From the NCBI GenBank assembly GCA_029974925.1, contig JARKQH010000351.1, positions 1-59,935 on the forward strand: a stretch of 59,935 nucleotides of DNA, in the 5' to 3' direction. A program made the translations under genes and the position numbers. The DNA comes from Verrucomicrobiota bacterium (GTDB lineage: Bacteria; Verrucomicrobiota; Verrucomicrobiia; Limisphaerales; UBA8199). The notes under the pieces were generated by a model, which worked only from the letters and a program-made list of their open reading frames with translations, did no database searches and was not told the origin of the DNA. This document shows positions 9,568-18,147 of this stretch, one piece after another; the first letter of the stretch is position 1; each line of letters starts with the position of its first letter.

Positions 9568-10158
9568 TTACTCCGGTCTGGGGGCGAGGATGACGGATTC
9601 CCAAGCCTGCGCGAGGTCGAGGGTTTGGCGGAAAGTGGCCAATGCGGTGTAGAGGTCATTGGAGGAGGCGCGGGCGGCGAGGTAGGCGGTCTTGAGGTCA
9701 TCGAGCTGGAACTGGAGCATTAGGGCGCGGGGGATGTTGGTGGGGCCATATTCCGGAGAATCATAGGTTATGGGCGCGCGGAGCCACTCGCAGAATTGAT
9801 GGTAGGCCGGGGCGTTGGTGCGCCAGAAGTCGCGCTGGGTATGATTGACGGCGAGAATGAGGTCGAAGGTGGCGCGGGCTGTTTGCTGGGTTTGCTCGAC
9901 GCGGATGATGAGCGGGTTTGCGTCCGGCTGGAGGGGGGCGCAGGAGACCAGGCAGAGGGATAGGAGGATGATGGGGGCGGATTTACCGAGTCCGGCGCGG
10001 AGGAAGGCCAGAGCGGAGAGGCCGAGCACCGCCAGGACTTTTTCGTCGAACTCGTAGATGCCGGCCCAGACGCCGGCCAGATAGAGGAGGCCGATGATGA
10101 TGGTCAGGTAGGTTTTGCGGCCTTTCAAGAACTCGCGGAGCGTCGAAAACATGTCCAT
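9568..10158 (-). CDS. Holin-like two-TM segment fused to a lipoprotein (internal lipobox); candidate holin/spanin
   Basis: KGRKTYL + two TM helices, then IILLSLCLVSC lipobox and an amphipathic helical domain; first gene of the left arm. Confidence 0.65.
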   Translation of the reverse strand: MDMFSTLREFLKGRKTYLTIIIGLLYLAGVWAGIYEFDEKVLAVLGLSALAFLRAGLGKSAPIILLSLCLVSCAPLQPDANPLIIRVEQTQQTARATFDLILAVNHTQRDFWRTNAPAYHQFCEWLRAPITYDSPEYGPTNIPRALMLQFQLDDLKTAYLAARASSNDLYTALATFRQTLDLAQAWESVILAPRPE

Positions 10159-10311
10159 AGCACTGAAGTTAAAGCATCACTGGTCCCGCCGCGTAAATCG
10201 GTGGTTGCGTATTCGGCGGGGATTGCAGAGATGATTGAAAAGGCCGCAAATAGCGCAAAGCTCGCCAGGTGCGATGGACGTACGAGGAGAGATGGGTTTT
10301 AAGGGAGGCAG
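10159..10311. promoter_or_regulatory. Divergent intergenic region, probable bidirectional late promoter
   Basis: Non-coding gap between oppositely oriented operons; CCCGCCG (10185-10191)/CGGCGGG (10214-10220) inverted pair; GGGAGG RBS before 10312. No clear sigma70 boxes. Confidence 0.45.
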
Positions 10312-11322
10312 ATGACTGAGAGTGCCATGTTGGAATCGCTGCCGGAGCTGTCGAGCTGTCGAGTCTCGAACAGCGCATTGAGTGGCGCGGAGCTGCCGGG
10401 CCGGATCAAGATTTTGAACTGGGGGGTGAACGAAAGCACAAAGGGAGCCTTTCGGGTGGGAGAGCATACGGTGGCGGTACTCGAGGCCAATCAACGCGCG
10501 CTGGGGTATGAGCGGGTGGCGATTGATTTCAACCATGCGAGCGTGCCTGGCTCGGAGGATTATGAGAAGGGTCAGCCGCCGGCGATTTTTGGGTACGGGC
10601 GGGTGAAGGTGCTGCGCGGAGACGGTGTCTGGCTGGAGGATATTGTCTGGACGCCGATGGGACGGGAGCATGCGCGCAACTACGAGGATTTGAGTCCGGC
10701 CATACATGTGGCGCCCGGAGAAGAGGGCGAGGTGGACTTTGTGCATTCCGTGGCGCTCACACCGAACGGGGCGTTGCGGGACGTGACGTTTTTCAGTGCA
10801 ACAAAAACAATGACTATGAGCGATAAAGCGAACATGCCCGCGAACGGGCAAGTGGTCACCCTGGCTGCGCTGGCCGGGGCGTTGGGCCTCGGGGCGGAAG
10901 CCGGCGAGGCGGCGGTGATGGAGCGAGTTCGGCACCTGGGCGCGCTGGAGGGCCGGATCAAGGAATTGGAGGCGTTGAAGGGCGGGAACGCGCCAGACGT
11001 GACGGCGCTGACGGGCCGGCTGGCCGAGCTGGAGAAAATGGTGAAAGCGAGCGCGGAGGCTGCGGAAAAGGCCGAGCGGGAGAAGATCATTCAGTTGTTC
11101 ACGGCGGAGGGGAAGGTGCCCAAGGGGGCCGACGGCAAGGAGCTCAGCGCGGAGGAGCTGGGCAAGATGAGTCTGGAGACATTGCGCATGCTGCGCGCGA
11201 ACACGCCGAGCACGGTGCCGTTGCATGCGCGCGGGAAACGCCCGGGCGCAGGGGATGGCGAATTGAAAGGTTTGGCGCGGGTCGCGGCCGCATTTGCGCG
11301 GCAGGTGGCGGGCCAAGTGTAG
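10312..11322 (+). CDS. Mu-like prohead protease/scaffold (gpI/gp32)
   Basis: VAIDFNHAS, WTP-x-G, Y-x-DLSP, HSVALT-x-NGAL motifs; charged helical scaffold C-terminus; strong RBS. Confidence 0.9.
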   Translation: MTESAMLESLPELSSCRVSNSALSGAELPGRIKILNWGVNESTKGAFRVGEHTVAVLEANQRALGYERVAIDFNHASVPGSEDYEKGQPPAIFGYGRVKVLRGDGVWLEDIVWTPMGREHARNYEDLSPAIHVAPGEEGEVDFVHSVALTPNGALRDVTFFSATKTMTMSDKANMPANGQVVTLAALAGALGLGAEAGEAAVMERVRHLGALEGRIKELEALKGGNAPDVTALTGRLAELEKMVKASAEAAEKAEREKIIQLFTAEGKVPKGADGKELSAEELGKMSLETLRMLRANTPSTVPLHARGKRPGAGDGELKGLARVAAAFARQVAGQV

Positions 11323-11367
11323 AGCGCTGCGCAAAATCATCCAATAGATAACTGAGGATAACAGACT

Positions 11368-12327
11368 ATGAGTAGAGGATACACAACGTTACTCGATATC
11401 GCGGCCCGCAGCGGCAGTGATGCCGTCGTGGGGCTGATTGAGGATGCCACGACCTATGCGCCGGAATTTTCGGTGATTCCGGCGATGACCAAGCCGGGGA
11501 CGACTTACCGCGTGACGCGGCGGACCGACCTGCCCACCGCGAGTTTTCGGGCGGTGAATGAATCGGCGGCGATTGGCAAGAGCACTTTTGAGCAGGAATT
11601 GAAGCAGATGTACTTCCTGGACGTGCCATTGCAGGTGGACGAGGCCGCGGTGAAGGGGGACGACGGGTCGGCTGGGGACTTTCTGGCGCAGGAAGCGCAG
11701 GGGGCGTTGGCAGCGGCGACGATCAAGCTGGGGCGGCAGGTGTATTACGGCACCAGCGCGGATGCGAAGGGATTCGCCGGGCTGCAGAGCCAGTCCGTGG
11801 GCAAGTGGCCCGCCGGCGGGACGACCAACACGACGAGCGCCTACCTTGTATGGCTCGGGCGGCAGGGGGTTGCATTCGTGATCGGGCGGGATGGCGAGAT
11901 CGCATTGCCGGCGTGGACGAAGCAGGCGGTCACGGCCGACGCGACGCAGCGGATGGCCTGGGTGACGAATCTGAGCGCCTATGTAGGCTTGCAAGTGGGC
12001 AGCGCCAAGGCGGTATGGCGGGTGACCGGCATCAGCGTGGCGGCTCCACTGACGGATGCGCGTGGGGCCGGCCTGTTGAGCAAGGTGCCGCTGGATCGCA
12101 GGGCTGGACTGCGCTGGTTCATGAACCGCACGGCGATTTACACGCTGCAGAAGAGCCGGGCGACCGCGGGATATATTGCTGCGACGCCCGGAGGCAGCCC
12201 GACACAGGAAGTAGGGTTCTGGATGGAGGCGCCGACCACACTGGCCGGCATACCGATTACGCTGACGGACAGCCTGCTAGATACCGAGACGAACTCGGGC
12301 ACGGCTGACACCTACGCCGAGGAATGA
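11368..12327 (+). CDS. Major capsid protein
   Basis: Follows the protease; 319 aa; RRTDLPTASFRAVNE...KGFAGL...GIPITLTDSL pattern of HK97-fold capsids. Confidence 0.85.
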   Translation: MSRGYTTLLDIAARSGSDAVVGLIEDATTYAPEFSVIPAMTKPGTTYRVTRRTDLPTASFRAVNESAAIGKSTFEQELKQMYFLDVPLQVDEAAVKGDDGSAGDFLAQEAQGALAAATIKLGRQVYYGTSADAKGFAGLQSQSVGKWPAGGTTNTTSAYLVWLGRQGVAFVIGRDGEIALPAWTKQAVTADATQRMAWVTNLSAYVGLQVGSAKAVWRVTGISVAAPLTDARGAGLLSKVPLDRRAGLRWFMNRTAIYTLQKSRATAGYIAATPGGSPTQEVGFWMEAPTTLAGIPITLTDSLLDTETNSGTADTYAEE

Positions 12328-12364
12328 TGAACTAACAGCCTCATCTACCAAAGAAAGGAACAAT

Positions 12365-12784
12365 ATGGCAAGTCCGACAACGACACGCAATTTGCAGGAC
12401 GCGCAGTTGGCCGCGACGGCGAATCTGCCGAATGCGGCCAACACGGTCAATGCCAGCGGGATTGACCTGGGTGCGGCGGCGCCCTACCCGATCCAGGAGA
12501 AATTGACCGCTCAAATCAGCCACACGGCTGCTCCCGGGGCGAACAACAAGAACATAAACTTTGCGCTCCAGGATTCGGCGGACAACACCGCGTTCGCGAA
12601 TGTGTCGCTGATTGCGAATCCGGTGCTGCGGAGCGTGGATGCGAACAACAACGGCCACAGCGCCAACTCCGTGACGATTGCGCTGCCGCCGAGCATTCGC
12701 CGATATATCCGATGTACGGCGACTGGCGAACTGAACGGCGGGGATAGCAGCGCCGGCACGTTCACCTTGAAGCTCCTGTTCTGA
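12365..12784 (+). CDS. Capsid decoration/cement protein (Bbp16-like)
   Basis: 139-aa beta-rich protein after the capsid; GIDLG and LQDSADN-x-x-F motifs; AAAGGA RBS. Confidence 0.65.
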   Translation: MASPTTTRNLQDAQLAATANLPNAANTVNASGIDLGAAAPYPIQEKLTAQISHTAAPGANNKNINFALQDSADNTAFANVSLIANPVLRSVDANNNGHSANSVTIALPPSIRRYIRCTATGELNGGDSSAGTFTLKLLF

Positions 12785-12799
12785 TTTCTGTTCCTGGAT

Positions 12800-12835
12800 G
12801 GGCCTGGGCGGTCAGTGGTGGGGCCGCCCAAGCCC
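12800..12835 (+). terminator. GC-rich hairpin after the capsid/decoration genes
   Basis: GGGCCTGGGCGG (12800-12811) pairs with CCGCCCAAGCCC (12824-12835) with one mismatch; no clear U tract. Confidence 0.5.
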
Positions 12836-12847
12836 GATTAGCATGAG

Positions 12848-13417
12848 ATGACAGGGGTGACACAGAGTGAACAGATGGAGCGGCGGGAGGCGAGGCGGAC
12901 GCGGTTGGACCTGCTGCAGCGGCTGCCGCCCGGGCCCGGTGCCGAGCTGGGGGTGTTCCGGGGGGACTTTTCGCAGAGCATCCTGGAGGTGGCGCGCCCC
13001 AGCAAACTCTATCTGGTGGATTTGTTTGCCGGCGAGCAGTGTAGCGGGGACGTGAACGGGTCACGTTTCGAGACGGTGGACATGGCCGGGATGGAAGCGG
13101 TGATCAGGCGACGCTATGCCGGGCGGGCTGATGTGGAGGTAGTCAAGGGTGTATCCTGGGACTGGCTCAGGCGGCAATCCGCCGGCAGCCTGGCCTGGGT
13201 GTACATTGACACCGATCACAGCTATATGACGACGGTCATGGAGTTGCGTTGGGCCGCACATGCCGTGGCGCGCGGCGGCGTCATCGCCGGGCATGACTAT
13301 CACAATGAGTTATTCCCGGGCGTGGTGCGCGCAGTGCGTGAGTTCGCCGCCCAGCGCAGGCTGCATGTCGAGGTATATGACGGGGACCGGTTGGCGAGCT
13401 ATGTGATGGTGGCATGA
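12848..13417 (+). CDS. Class I SAM-dependent methyltransferase (Methyltransf_24-like)
   Basis: GAELGVFRG, LYLVD, WVYID-x-DHSY, IAGHDY motifs. Confidence 0.9.
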   Translation: MTGVTQSEQMERREARRTRLDLLQRLPPGPGAELGVFRGDFSQSILEVARPSKLYLVDLFAGEQCSGDVNGSRFETVDMAGMEAVIRRRYAGRADVEVVKGVSWDWLRRQSAGSLAWVYIDTDHSYMTTVMELRWAAHAVARGGVIAGHDYHNELFPGVVRAVREFAAQRRLHVEVYDGDRLASYVMVA

Positions 13418-14184
13418 CCAGGCAGAGGAAAGTCTTCGTGGCGGTGCCGGTCTATGGTGGGCTTGACCCATTCTTCGGGCAGAGTTTGTTGCGGCTCGCC
13501 GCAGAGCCCCCATGCGAGATGATGCTGCGGATGCATGTTGGGGACAGCCTGGTGGCGCGAGCGCGGAACAGCTTGACTCGCGATTTTCTGGAGAGCGATT
13601 GCAGCCATCTGTTGTTCGTGGATTCGGACCTGATTTTTGCTCCGGAGCATATCGCGCGGATTATGGGGCACGAGGAGGACGTTGTGGGTGGGATGTATCC
13701 GAAGAAGCAGGAGGGGGCGCTGCACTGGGTGGTGAACGGATGCCAGACCGCGAGACAGGCGCGGGCGGACGGGCTGCTGGAGGTGCAATATATCGGGACG
13801 GGTTTTCTGCGGGTGGCACGGCGGGTATTCGAGGCGATGATCGAGCGATGGGGACTGGAGCTGCGATATGCGCCGGATCATGCGCCGCATCTGATGGAGT
13901 ACGATTTTTGGAGTGTGGGCACGTATCAATACCCGGATGGGTACCGGCGATATTTGAGCGAGGACTGGTATTTTTGCCAACGCTGGCTGGATCTGGGTGG
14001 GAAGGTGTGGGCGGACACGAAGATCGTGCTCAAGCACGTTGGCACGGCGGTGTATCCGCTGCAGGCGCAAGAACGTGAACTTTTCGGCCCGGCCGCCTCT
14101 TCACAGGGGCCGGCGTCGAGCCCGGCCGGCGGCGAAGTCGCCCCCGCCCCGGCTTGGCACCATTTGCCTGGTGGGGTGCTATGA
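13414..14184 (+). CDS. Glycosyltransferase (GT-A/family 2-like, phage type)
   Basis: VFVAVPVYG, ARARN, LLFVDSD (DxD), GTGFL, YLSEDWYFC, LKHVG; ATGA overlap with the methyltransferase. Confidence 0.9.
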   Translation: MTRQRKVFVAVPVYGGLDPFFGQSLLRLAAEPPCEMMLRMHVGDSLVARARNSLTRDFLESDCSHLLFVDSDLIFAPEHIARIMGHEEDVVGGMYPKKQEGALHWVVNGCQTARQARADGLLEVQYIGTGFLRVARRVFEAMIERWGLELRYAPDHAPHLMEYDFWSVGTYQYPDGYRRYLSEDWYFCQRWLDLGGKVWADTKIVLKHVGTAVYPLQAQERELFGPAASSQGPASSPAGGEVAPAPAWHHLPGGVL

Positions 14185-14197
14185 GGTGAGCTGAGGC

Positions 14198-14608
14198 ATG
14201 GGGTACGTGACGCAAGCGCAGATTGAGACGGCGATCCCGGGGCCGCGGCTCCGCGACGCATTGGACGACGATGGCGATGGGCAGGCGGACGAGGGGTTGT
14301 TGGATGCGATCATCGCGAGCGTGGATGGAGCGGTGGATGCTTATCTGGCCGGGCTCTATGACGTGCCCTTTGCGACGCCGCCGGCGCCCGTGATCGAGGC
14401 GAGCCTCGTGTTTGCGTGCGAGCGGATCTATGACCGGCGGCCCGGGGCCGAAGATCGCAATCCATGGCGTTCGCGCGCGGATTGGTGGCGGGAGCGGCTG
14501 GAGCGGATCGGCAAGGGAGAGATACCGCTGGATGCGGGGAGTGGGCGGAGCTTCGCGCCTGGGGCGAGCGTGACGGAGAATGTGAGTGTGGATGGGGGGA
14601 TGGGCTGA
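14198..14608 (+). CDS. Head-tail connector (Mu gp36/DUF1320)
   Basis: YVTQAQI...VDAYLAGLYDVP...LERIGKGEIPL pattern. Confidence 0.85.
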   Translation: MGYVTQAQIETAIPGPRLRDALDDDGDGQADEGLLDAIIASVDGAVDAYLAGLYDVPFATPPAPVIEASLVFACERIYDRRPGAEDRNPWRSRADWWRERLERIGKGEIPLDAGSGRSFAPGASVTENVSVDGGMG

Positions 14609-15081
14609 TGACGATTGCGGAACAATTGAAGGCGATCGCAGCGGTATTGAGGCCATGGGCGGAGCGGAACCGGAGCTCGGTGACCATCTTGTCGGACCAG
14701 GTGCACCTGCTGGAACTCTTGCGTCTGAAGCCCGGCGCGGTGCTGATTGGGCTCCTGTTTGAGAGCGAGACCGTGCGGGGGGAATGGGATAACCTTGGGC
14801 GGGTGGACCGGGCATACAAAGTGATTGTGACGCGCGGTCGCGGGCTGAAGCTGGACAGCGGCGAGAGCCTGGTGGGGACCAGCTCGGAGGATCGGCCTGT
14901 ATTCGAGCTGGTGGAGGAGGCGCGGGAACTGGTGCGGACGGCGGAGATTGGCGAGGTTGAGGGACGGCCGGAATATCGCGGGATCGGCCAGTATGAATTG
15001 CAGGGGGCGATATTTGACGGATGGGAAGTGCGATTTGTGATTGGCACGGCGATCCCGGAGTTGGTGGAGGGGGCGTCATGA
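14608..15081 (+). CDS. Tail completion/terminator protein (Mu gp37-like position)
   Basis: Start reassigned to ATG 14608 (TGATG overlap with gp36); 157 aa. Confidence 0.6.
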   Translation: MTIAEQLKAIAAVLRPWAERNRSSVTILSDQVHLLELLRLKPGAVLIGLLFESETVRGEWDNLGRVDRAYKVIVTRGRGLKLDSGESLVGTSSEDRPVFELVEEARELVRTAEIGEVEGRPEYRGIGQYELQGAIFDGWEVRFVIGTAIPELVEGAS

Positions 15082-18000
15082 GCCGATGCGCAGCAGTATT
15101 ATTGGCGATCCTTGGACTGTCCATGCCGGCCTGGGGCGTGACGGTGCGCTTTGCTCTGAGCGATTTCACTGCGCAGCCGGCGGCCAACCGGCGGGTGCTG
15201 GTGGCGCCTTTGGGGCCGACGACGAACGAGAGCGCGGTGGTGTCGGCGGATTTGGCGCGGTACACGACGGATACCAATGGGGTGTTTTGGATGTCGAATG
15301 TGGTCGCTGGATATTATGAGGCGCAGGTGCAGGCGCCGCCGACGCGGAGCACATTGCTGTTCCAGTTTCCGGGCGGGACGAATACGGTGGAGGCGAAGGA
15401 TTACCTGGTGCCGCCGGCGGATGCACCGCTGAATCTGGCTTACACTAAGGCCGAGGTGGATGCGTTGATTGCAGCGGCGGGCGCGGGCGGGGCGCTGACC
15501 AACAACGAGACGCGGGACGTGAGCTTTCAGGGGGCGCTGTCGGTGTCCAGCAATGTGACGGTTGCCTCGCTGGTGTCAATTGACACCCTTGGAGTTGGCC
15601 GGTTCAAGGGGTTGCAGGGTATCGGCGAGGGCGAGCCGGTGCAAGCCCCGGACGGGATTGTCAAGAACGAGTACTGGGAACCATTGGACCTGCCGAGCGG
15701 GTTCAATGTTGGTTACGGAGCAATAATCGCGAATGATGCCGGGAACTTTACCACGTATGGCACGGTCACCGCAGCAGCTTTGGTCGGCAACGGCAACGGC
15801 CTGACCAACCTCACAGCCAGCAATTCCATTGTGGCCGGCACAATCACCACGAACCTGATGGATGCGGCGGCATATGCCTTGTTTGCCAGCAGCGGCAGCG
15901 CCGAGAGTTTGGTGTATAACGTAACGGACTTTGGTGCGAACGGTGCGGACGGTAATGACGACACTGTGGCTATTCAGGCAGCGTTGGATGCAGCGGCGGC
16001 TGGATACGACACCTATACCGGTCGGCGTATCGTGTATCTGCCGGCTGGACGGTACTACATCACCAACACCCTTTGGTTGAAGAATCACGGCATTACCGTG
16101 CGCGGCGATGGCATGTACGCCACCTTAATTCGAATGCAGGCCAACACCAATGCGTTCGGCAGTTGGACCAACCGGGTGCTGTGGTACTGCAACTTTGAGA
16201 AGTTCAATGTTTATAAGGATGTCGTGCTGCAGAGTGTGGCAACCCCGGCAGCGTTCTACTTTGTGGCGCCGGATTCGAAGCAAGTGGCACATCGGTTTAG
16301 GTTCGATGAGGTGGGGTGCAGCGGGTTTTACTATGGAATCTATGTGCGGCACGCTGTGGGACTGTACGCTCAGCGGTGCGAGTTTTACGGGTGCAATTAC
16401 GCCTTCTACATGGAGAAGAGTGATGCGACCACGTTTGTGAACTGTCACGCCGGGGACGCCTACGACTCGCAAAGTGCGATAGCCTCGGCTACGAACCGGT
16501 TTGGGGCCACGCATTCGGCTGCGTGGACATACAAGAACACCCCTACAGCCTCCAGGGGGTTTTCGCTGGTAGTGATTGGGGGAGAGTCCCGGCGGGTGGA
16601 TAACGTGTTCGACCTCCAGTCTGGCGTGGTGAATATCGTAGGGACTCATTGTGAGCTGATTTATGACAGCTTGTTGAAGGCGTCCGGGTCTGGTGTCTCC
16701 GGCGGTATCGTGTCTGGTCTCTCGTGCGTGAATCTGGTGGAGAGCCGGACACCGCACGCAGCCATGCGGTTTTTGGATGGCACCGGCAGGCGGTTTTCTC
16801 TCGGACCCTGTTATTGGCCGTACAGCCGCCCACTGGCGCAGGTGGAGCAGGCGGGGGATTATGTGCACTACACCGGCCAGCCAGTGTTGATGAGCAATAC
16901 CGTTTCGAGCATCAGTTGGTACATGCCCGTGGCTACGAACAAGGTGGTGGTGGCGGCCGGGAACAATGTGACCGTGACGCCATCGCAGTCTGGGCCAGTG
17001 ACCACTTACACCGTGGCTGCCACTGGCGGCAGTGCTGCACCGACGCCAGCGCGGGTGTACACCACCAACTACACCGTGGACCTAAGCCAGAGCGGATACC
17101 TGGAGTTGGTGAGCACAGGGGAGGCGTTTGGCTTATCCCTGAGCAATGCGGGCGAGCGGTCGGTCACGGTGCTGACGACGACCAATCCGATCAATTACGT
17201 GTCCTGGCCGCGCGCGTGGTGGTCGGCGGGTGAGCCGTCCGGCCTCGGTTACAACTACGCGCTGCGGATGCGGATTCAGCGGGTGAACAGTGATGACGTA
17301 GCGCACATCACAGCCTCAGAGGTCGAATGCGCGCCGCTGGTGGATGAGGACGCGCAAGCCTTCCTAGACCGCGCGGGCATCACCGACGCTACCATCAGCA
17401 ATGCGGTGCAGGGCCTGGTCGTAGCCTTGAAGGCGACCAACTTGTGGTCCAAGGCTGATGCCATTTTCCCGTTTGTGGGCGGGACAAGCAACAGCACGCG
17501 GATGAATCTGCGACGGGACGACAAGCACATTGTTTGGGGCAACCAAGTGACGTTTGATGCGGATGGCGTGTGGGGCAAGAAGGGGCTTGCGCCGGGGGTG
17601 GGACGCGGCGAGTTCGCATGGGACTTCACGAGCACGACGAACCAATTTCAGACCAACGCCTGCTCGATTGGGTGGTACATCGGGGTGACACATACGAACG
17701 TCGCGAACAACGAAAACGTTGTATGCATGGGCGCGTTTTCGTTTGGTGGCCGCAGTGTGTTTGGTTGCTGGGCACAATATGGCACGAATCTCAATGGCCA
17801 ACTGTGTGGCTGGACCACTGTGGGCACGACGGGTGCATCGGAGTTTCGTGGGGCGACGGTCGTTTCGCGAACCAACAGCACGAGCTTGTTTGGTGTTGGG
17901 CGTATTACCGCGTCCAGCACGTCATCGAGCACGACCGGCACGCCTACGAGCGCGACGCAATTTGGCATCCTCGGCGCGGACGACGGCGAGGCGCAGAACT

Positions 18001-18125
18001 ACCTATGCTACCCCGGTCAGCTTCGGTTTGCGTGGGTGGGCGGTGCGCTCAGCGCGAATGAGGCGTTGGAACTCAAGCGGTTGATGGACGTGTTTAACAC
18101 TGCCTTGGGTCGGGCGGCGCCGTGA
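15078..18125 (+). CDS. Tail-spike-like depolymerase with N-terminal signal peptide, Stf-like N domain, beta-helix and C-terminal lectin-like domain
   Basis: Start at ATG 15078 (ATGA overlap). MSRCAAVLLAILGLSMPAWG signal; VYNVTDFGA...DDTVAIQAA...VYLPAGRYYI beta-helix entry motif; DEDAQAFLDRAGITD...LWSKADAIFPFVGG phage domain. Confidence 0.85.
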   Translation: MSRCAAVLLAILGLSMPAWGVTVRFALSDFTAQPAANRRVLVAPLGPTTNESAVVSADLARYTTDTNGVFWMSNVVAGYYEAQVQAPPTRSTLLFQFPGGTNTVEAKDYLVPPADAPLNLAYTKAEVDALIAAAGAGGALTNNETRDVSFQGALSVSSNVTVASLVSIDTLGVGRFKGLQGIGEGEPVQAPDGIVKNEYWEPLDLPSGFNVGYGAIIANDAGNFTTYGTVTAAALVGNGNGLTNLTASNSIVAGTITTNLMDAAAYALFASSGSAESLVYNVTDFGANGADGNDDTVAIQAALDAAAAGYDTYTGRRIVYLPAGRYYITNTLWLKNHGITVRGDGMYATLIRMQANTNAFGSWTNRVLWYCNFEKFNVYKDVVLQSVATPAAFYFVAPDSKQVAHRFRFDEVGCSGFYYGIYVRHAVGLYAQRCEFYGCNYAFYMEKSDATTFVNCHAGDAYDSQSAIASATNRFGATHSAAWTYKNTPTASRGFSLVVIGGESRRVDNVFDLQSGVVNIVGTHCELIYDSLLKASGSGVSGGIVSGLSCVNLVESRTPHAAMRFLDGTGRRFSLGPCYWPYSRPLAQVEQAGDYVHYTGQPVLMSNTVSSISWYMPVATNKVVVAAGNNVTVTPSQSGPVTTYTVAATGGSAAPTPARVYTTNYTVDLSQSGYLELVSTGEAFGLSLSNAGERSVTVLTTTNPINYVSWPRAWWSAGEPSGLGYNYALRMRIQRVNSDDVAHITASEVECAPLVDEDAQAFLDRAGITDATISNAVQGLVVALKATNLWSKADAIFPFVGGTSNSTRMNLRRDDKHIVWGNQVTFDADGVWGKKGLAPGVGRGEFAWDFTSTTNQFQTNACSIGWYIGVTHTNVANNENVVCMGAFSFGGRSVFGCWAQYGTNLNGQLCGWTTVGTTGASEFRGATVVSRTNSTSLFGVGRITASSTSSSTTGTPTSATQFGILGADDGEAQNYLCYPGQLRFAWVGGALSANEALELKRLMDVFNTALGRAAP

Positions 18126-18147
18126 TAAAGGACAGACAAGAGAAAGG

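Noticed and set aside
730-10310. Recent or active recombinase-mediated inversion of the packaging arm
   Set aside because: Only a 6-bp CATCAC match between the borders, no invertase in the window, and the strand skew does not flip across the segment.
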